Shown: positions 60,505 to 64,000 of the stretch, piece after piece | Layout: every line of letters starts with the position of its first letter | Position numbering within the stretch: position 1 is the stretch's first letter | Assembly: GCA_033764015.1 (NCBI GenBank) | Contig: JANRJK010000036.1 | Span: 256,001 to 320,000, forward strand | Source of the DNA: Candidatus Sumerlaeia bacterium | GTDB taxonomy: Bacteria > Sumerlaeota > Sumerlaeia > SLMS01 > JANRJK01 | Direction: 5' to 3' | Length of the DNA: 64,000 bases | Notes under the pieces: generated by a model | What the model was told of the DNA's origin: nothing | The model's database searches: none | What the model saw: only the letters and a program-made list of their open reading frames with translations | Program-made: the position numbers and the translations under genes

Positions 60505-61541
60505 CAGTGCGCCGCTCCCGGATCGCGGAAGTGCTCGAAGCCGCCGGGGCCCAGCGGCTCGCGGCGCCCGCCGGACCGCTCGAGGAAGACGCCGGCGCCC
60601 GCCTCGACCCGTCCGACTCGGCGGGGCGGCGCGAGGCCGGCGGCGGCGAAGGCTTCGGCCACGCGGGCCTCGTCCGTCGGCAGGCACGCGACGAGCTCGT
60701 AGTCCTCGCCGCCGTACAGCAGCAGGTCGAGCGCGTCCTGTCCCGTCTCGCGCGCGAAGGCGCCGAGCCCGGGCGAGGGCGTCAGCGCGTCCTCGAAGAG
60801 GACGACGGCGGCGGCGCTTTGCCGGGCGACCTCCCAGCACTCATGCGCGACGCCGTCGCTGACGTCGATCATCGCGAGGCGCGGCGCGAGCGACGCGAGC
60901 AGGCGCCCCTCGGCGAGGCGCGGCGTCGGCGCCAGATGCCGCGCGACGAGCGCCGAATGGTCGCCGCGCGCGGCCGGCGCGTGGCCTTCGAGGAGCTCGA
61001 GGCCCGCCGCGCTCTCGCCCGGCGAGCCGGTCAGGTAGACGAAGTCGCCGGGACGCGCGGCGCCCCGGGCGGCGACCGGCGCCGACTCCCGCACACGGCC
61101 CGAGAGCGACAGCGTAAGGCACCACTGCGGCGCGTGGACCACGTCGCCGCCGATCAGGCGCGCACCGTGCGCTTGGAGCTCGGCGGCGAGACCTTCGAAG
61201 AACTCGACCGCGTCGCGCGCTGCGGCGTCACCGGGCGCGGCGAAGGAGAGGAGCGCCGACTCGGGCTCGGCGCCCATCGCCGCGAGGTCGCTAAGGTTCG
61301 AAGCGGCGAGCTTGCGCCCCACGAGGCGGGGCGAATTGCGCTTCCACCAGCGGAAGTGGACGCCCTCGACCATCGTGTCGAGCGTCCACACCTGCCGCGT
61401 CCCCGGCGGCGGGGCCGGCAGCACCGCGGCGTCGTCCCCCGTGCCAAGGACGAGCCCCTCGGAGTGCCGCGAAAGGAGCGGGCGCAGCCGTTCGAGCAGG
61501 CCCCGCTCGCCCAGGGAGGCGAGGGTATCGGGCGCGCTCAC
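60504..61541 (-). CDS. thiL: Thiamine-monophosphate kinase
   Basis: GE...., GDDAAV, D.MVEGVHF, NLSDLAAMGA, IGGD, IDVSDG, GGEDYEL, GFEHF. Confidence 0.95.
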   Translation of the reverse strand: MSAPDTLASLGERGLLERLRPLLSRHSEGLVLGTGDDAAVLPAPPPGTRQVWTLDTMVEGVHFRWWKRNSPRLVGRKLAASNLSDLAAMGAEPESALLSFAAPGDAAARDAVEFFEGLAAELQAHGARLIGGDVVHAPQWCLTLSLSGRVRESAPVAARGAARPGDFVYLTGSPGESAAGLELLEGHAPAARGDHSALVARHLAPTPRLAEGRLLASLAPRLAMIDVSDGVAHECWEVARQSAAAVVLFEDALTPSPGLGAFARETGQDALDLLLYGGEDYELVACLPTDEARVAEAFAAAGLAPPRRVGRVEAGAGVFLERSGGRREPLGPGGFEHFRDPGAAH

Positions 61542-62182
61542 GGGGCCGCCTCGGCGCCGATCGTGGCGCGCAGGGCGAGGACCGCCGCGGTGATGTCCGG
61601 TGCCGCGCAGACGGCGCCGATGACGGCTAGCCAAGCCCGCGGCGCCACGGCGAGGACGGCGTGAGCGTTGGCTGCGGAGATACCGCCGATCGCCACGATG
61701 GGGGCGGGGCTGGTCCTCGCGGCTTCGGCAACCAGGCCGGTTCCCGTCGCGGGGTCGGCGTTCGCCTTGGTCGACGTCCCGAAGACGGGCCCGACGGCGA
61801 CATAGTCCACCGGTTCCGCGAGCGCGGCGGCGAGCTGCCCGGCGTTGTGCGTGGAGCGGCCAATGAGGAACCCGGCGGCCGTCGCGGCGCGGACCTGCGC
61901 CGGCGCGGTGTCGCCCTGGCCCAGGTGGACGCCGTCCGCTCCGCAGGCGGCGGCCAGCCTCCAATCGTCGTTCACGATGAACAGCGCGGCGGCGTCCGCG
62001 GTGAGGCGGCGGATGGCATCGGCGTCGGCGCGGAGCATCGCCTCGTCAGCGGATTTGTCGCGGAGCTGCACGACGCGCGCGCCGCCCGCCAGGAAGCGCC
62101 GCGCCTGCTCGGGGTTGGACAGCCGCGAGAGCGCGCGGTCGGTGATGCAGTAGAGGTCGGGGCCGTGGGGGAAGCTGGTCAT
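61538..62182 (-). CDS. thiE: Thiamine-phosphate synthase
   Basis: LYCITD, QLRDK, FIVND, ADGVHLGQGD, GRSTH, GPVFGTSTK, VAIGGI. Confidence 0.95.
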   Translation of the reverse strand: MTSFPHGPDLYCITDRALSRLSNPEQARRFLAGGARVVQLRDKSADEAMLRADADAIRRLTADAAALFIVNDDWRLAAACGADGVHLGQGDTAPAQVRAATAAGFLIGRSTHNAGQLAAALAEPVDYVAVGPVFGTSTKANADPATGTGLVAEAARTSPAPIVAIGGISAANAHAVLAVAPRAWLAVIGAVCAAPDITAAVLALRATIGAEAAP

Positions 62183-64000
62183 GGAGGCGTGGGGCTCGCG
62201 GCGGGGCGCGGCGCTTCGAACTGCTCGACGAGGATGCGGCCTTCGCGCGGAGTGCCAGCCACCTTTCTCGGAAGCACCGCCACACCGACGCAAACGGAAG
62301 CGGCTCCCGCGGGCACCGGCGCGAGATCGACGATCCGGCGCCAGTGGCCGGGGAACATCGAACCAGTCGCCATCGGCTCCGTCGAGTAGAGGGGCGCCGG
62401 GATCGGCTTCCGGTCCGCGCCGAAGAAGACGTGGCAGAGAGTCGCCTCGTGGAGGGGCACTCCCTCGACGCGGAGATTGGCGGCGGCGAGGAGGTACTCG
62501 GCATCCCCGACGGGAACGGGGGGCGAAAGGAGCGTCAGGCGCGCGGCACGGTCGGCGGGAACCTGGACTTCGACGACCGGTGCCCCGGTCGGCCCGGCGG
62601 CATCCGCCAGCATCCGGATTTCCATCCCCTTTTCCAAGGCGACCCAGCCCGGATTTTTCGCTTCGGGCGTCGCCGTGAGATGCCACTCGATCCGCTCGGG
62701 GGGGAATTCGACGAGCCGGGGGGCTGCGGGCTTGCCAGTTGGGGCGGCCGGCCCGACGCTGACCGATCCCATCTTCCAGCGCGACAGCTCCTCCTTCCCA
62801 TCGCGCGGCGCGTAGACTCCGATGCGGAGCCGATGCGTTCCCGGCTCGATCCGGAGCGGGAACGCGTAGGTTTTCGCAGAGCCCTCAGCAGTGGAGAGCT
62901 CTGCGAGCTGCGAATGCCGCCCATCCACGGAGAGCTCCGCGAAGAGGCGCTGCGCGGGGTCCGGCGCGTCGGATCCAAGCCACTCAAGGGCGCCCGCAAT
63001 AGAGATGCCGCCGACACCTTCCGGAATTGTCACGAGATATTCCAGAGCGCCGTCGCGCTCGCGGAAAATGGCGCCGTCGTCGACTCGCATCCGCGTGTGG
63101 TCGGGGAAGGACGCCATGCGGTGCGGTTCGATGGTGAATGGCCATGGCTCGGCCGGGGGCAGCGCGCCGTTCGCCGCGTAGGGCAGCGGTACGGACTTGT
63201 CCGCGGTCCAGCGCTGGAGGCGCGCGTCCTGGTAGCGGCCCTGCGCGGAGACGCCTGCGTAGACCGTCTCCAGCCACTCGTCGAAACGGGCGTAGAACTC
63301 CGGCAAGGGAAGCTGCTGCCAGGAGTTCACCACCCAGAAAGGCTCCGCGCCGGCCAGCGTGTGCAGGAACGCGGATTCGATGGCGGGAGCGAGATCCATC
63401 CGGTAGACGGGGGCGACGACGTTTGGACCGCCGAACGCGGGAAGCCCGGCCGCGGGGAGTTTCCGCTCCACGCGGGTTCGGTCCATCTGGTCCACGACGA
63501 AGACCGGTTCGCCTTGGCGGTACTTTTCCGCGAGCAGCGGCACGAGCCGGTCGAAGTTCCGGAGGTCGGCGGCAAAATAGGACAGGAGGAACGGGAGTTG
63601 GAGCGCGGCGACCGGCGCCAAGGTGGCTGGCAGCGCGAGGCGCCCGAGGCGGCGCTCGAGGCGTTCCGCGGCCCAGGCAGCGGCCACCGCGGCACCCAGC
63701 AGGAAATACGGGAGCATGTACGCGAGGTAGCGGTTGTAGAACGTGCGCTCGAGCGGGAGATTGAAAATGAACACGAACGAAAAAATGGGGAGTGAAAGAG
63801 CCAGCCACGCGAGCGAGCGCCGCTCCGGCGGCGCCTTTTCGTCGGCGAGCAGCAGCCCGACTCCGGCGCAGGCGAATCCGGTGGGAATCAGCGCCAACCA
63901 GTCGCCAACCGGCAGGCGACGGAAAATCCCGAAGCTCCAGTCGGCGAGGATTCCGAAAAAGAAGCCGGGGCTGAGCGAGATATTGGTGAGGCCGTCCCCC
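62179..64000 (-). CDS. Membrane protein, probably the C-terminal part of a GT-C/PMT-like glycosyltransferase with a large soluble domain (5' end outside the window)
   Basis: The frame stays open to the window edge. TM helices with RY...LP motif (FYNRYLAYMLPY), then a beta-rich soluble region. Confidence 0.55.
   Translation of the reverse strand, partial: GDGLTNISLSPGFFFGILADWSFGIFRRLPVGDWLALIPTGFACAGVGLLLADEKAPPERRSLAWLALSLPIFSFVFIFNLPLERTFYNRYLAYMLPYFLLGAAVAAAWAAERLERRLGRLALPATLAPVAALQLPFLLSYFAADLRNFDRLVPLLAEKYRQGEPVFVVDQMDRTRVERKLPAAGLPAFGGPNVVAPVYRMDLAPAIESAFLHTLAGAEPFWVVNSWQQLPLPEFYARFDEWLETVYAGVSAQGRYQDARLQRWTADKSVPLPYAANGALPPAEPWPFTIEPHRMASFPDHTRMRVDDGAIFRERDGALEYLVTIPEGVGGISIAGALEWLGSDAPDPAQRLFAELSVDGRHSQLAELSTAEGSAKTYAFPLRIEPGTHRLRIGVYAPRDGKEELSRWKMGSVSVGPAAPTGKPAAPRLVEFPPERIEWHLTATPEAKNPGWVALEKGMEIRMLADAAGPTGAPVVEVQVPADRAARLTLLSPPVPVGDAEYLLAAANLRVEGVPLHEATLCHVFFGADRKPIPAPLYSTEPMATGSMFPGHWRRIVDLAPVPAGAASVCVGVAVLPRKVAGTPREGRILVEQFEAPRPAASPTPP

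Noticed and set aside
62179..62300. Possible TPP riboswitch upstream of thiE
   Set aside because: The thiE start overlaps the upstream gene's stop, so there is no leader here.

Overview
GC-rich, gene-dense bacterial chromosomal window with about 45 CDS. I found no rRNA, tRNA, CRISPR array or transposase. Housekeeping content: partial alaS, corA, oppA, dusB, pheS/pheT, class II DAHP synthase, a rearranged partial nuo operon (H-I-J-K-N-L), metK-ahcY, thiE-thiL, an ABC-F ATPase and chrA. Repeated pseudopilin-like genes (FTLIELLIVVAI.AILAA.A.PNFL.AQ.RSKVSR, ending YDP.NG..S.G) suggest Ca. Sumerlaeota/BRC1; this is recall-based inference, not verified. Three accessory signals stand out. (1) A three-gene operon (28426-32971) encodes a large protein with glutamine-synthetase/gamma-glutamylcysteine-ligase-like motifs, a pyruvoyl phosphatidylserine-decarboxylase-like enzyme and a divergent Lgt-family membrane protein, a candidate uncharacterised aminolipid or lipidation pathway. 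(2) Five exported proteins from three unrelated families end in a short W-x-(L/Y/A)-(Y/M/R) tail, and four of them sit in operons headed by a pseudopilin-like gene, a candidate sorting/secretion system. (3) A compositionally atypical orphan gene combines a HEXXH motif with a PD-(D/E)xK nuclease-like domain. All calls come from motif reading by eye; no searches were run.
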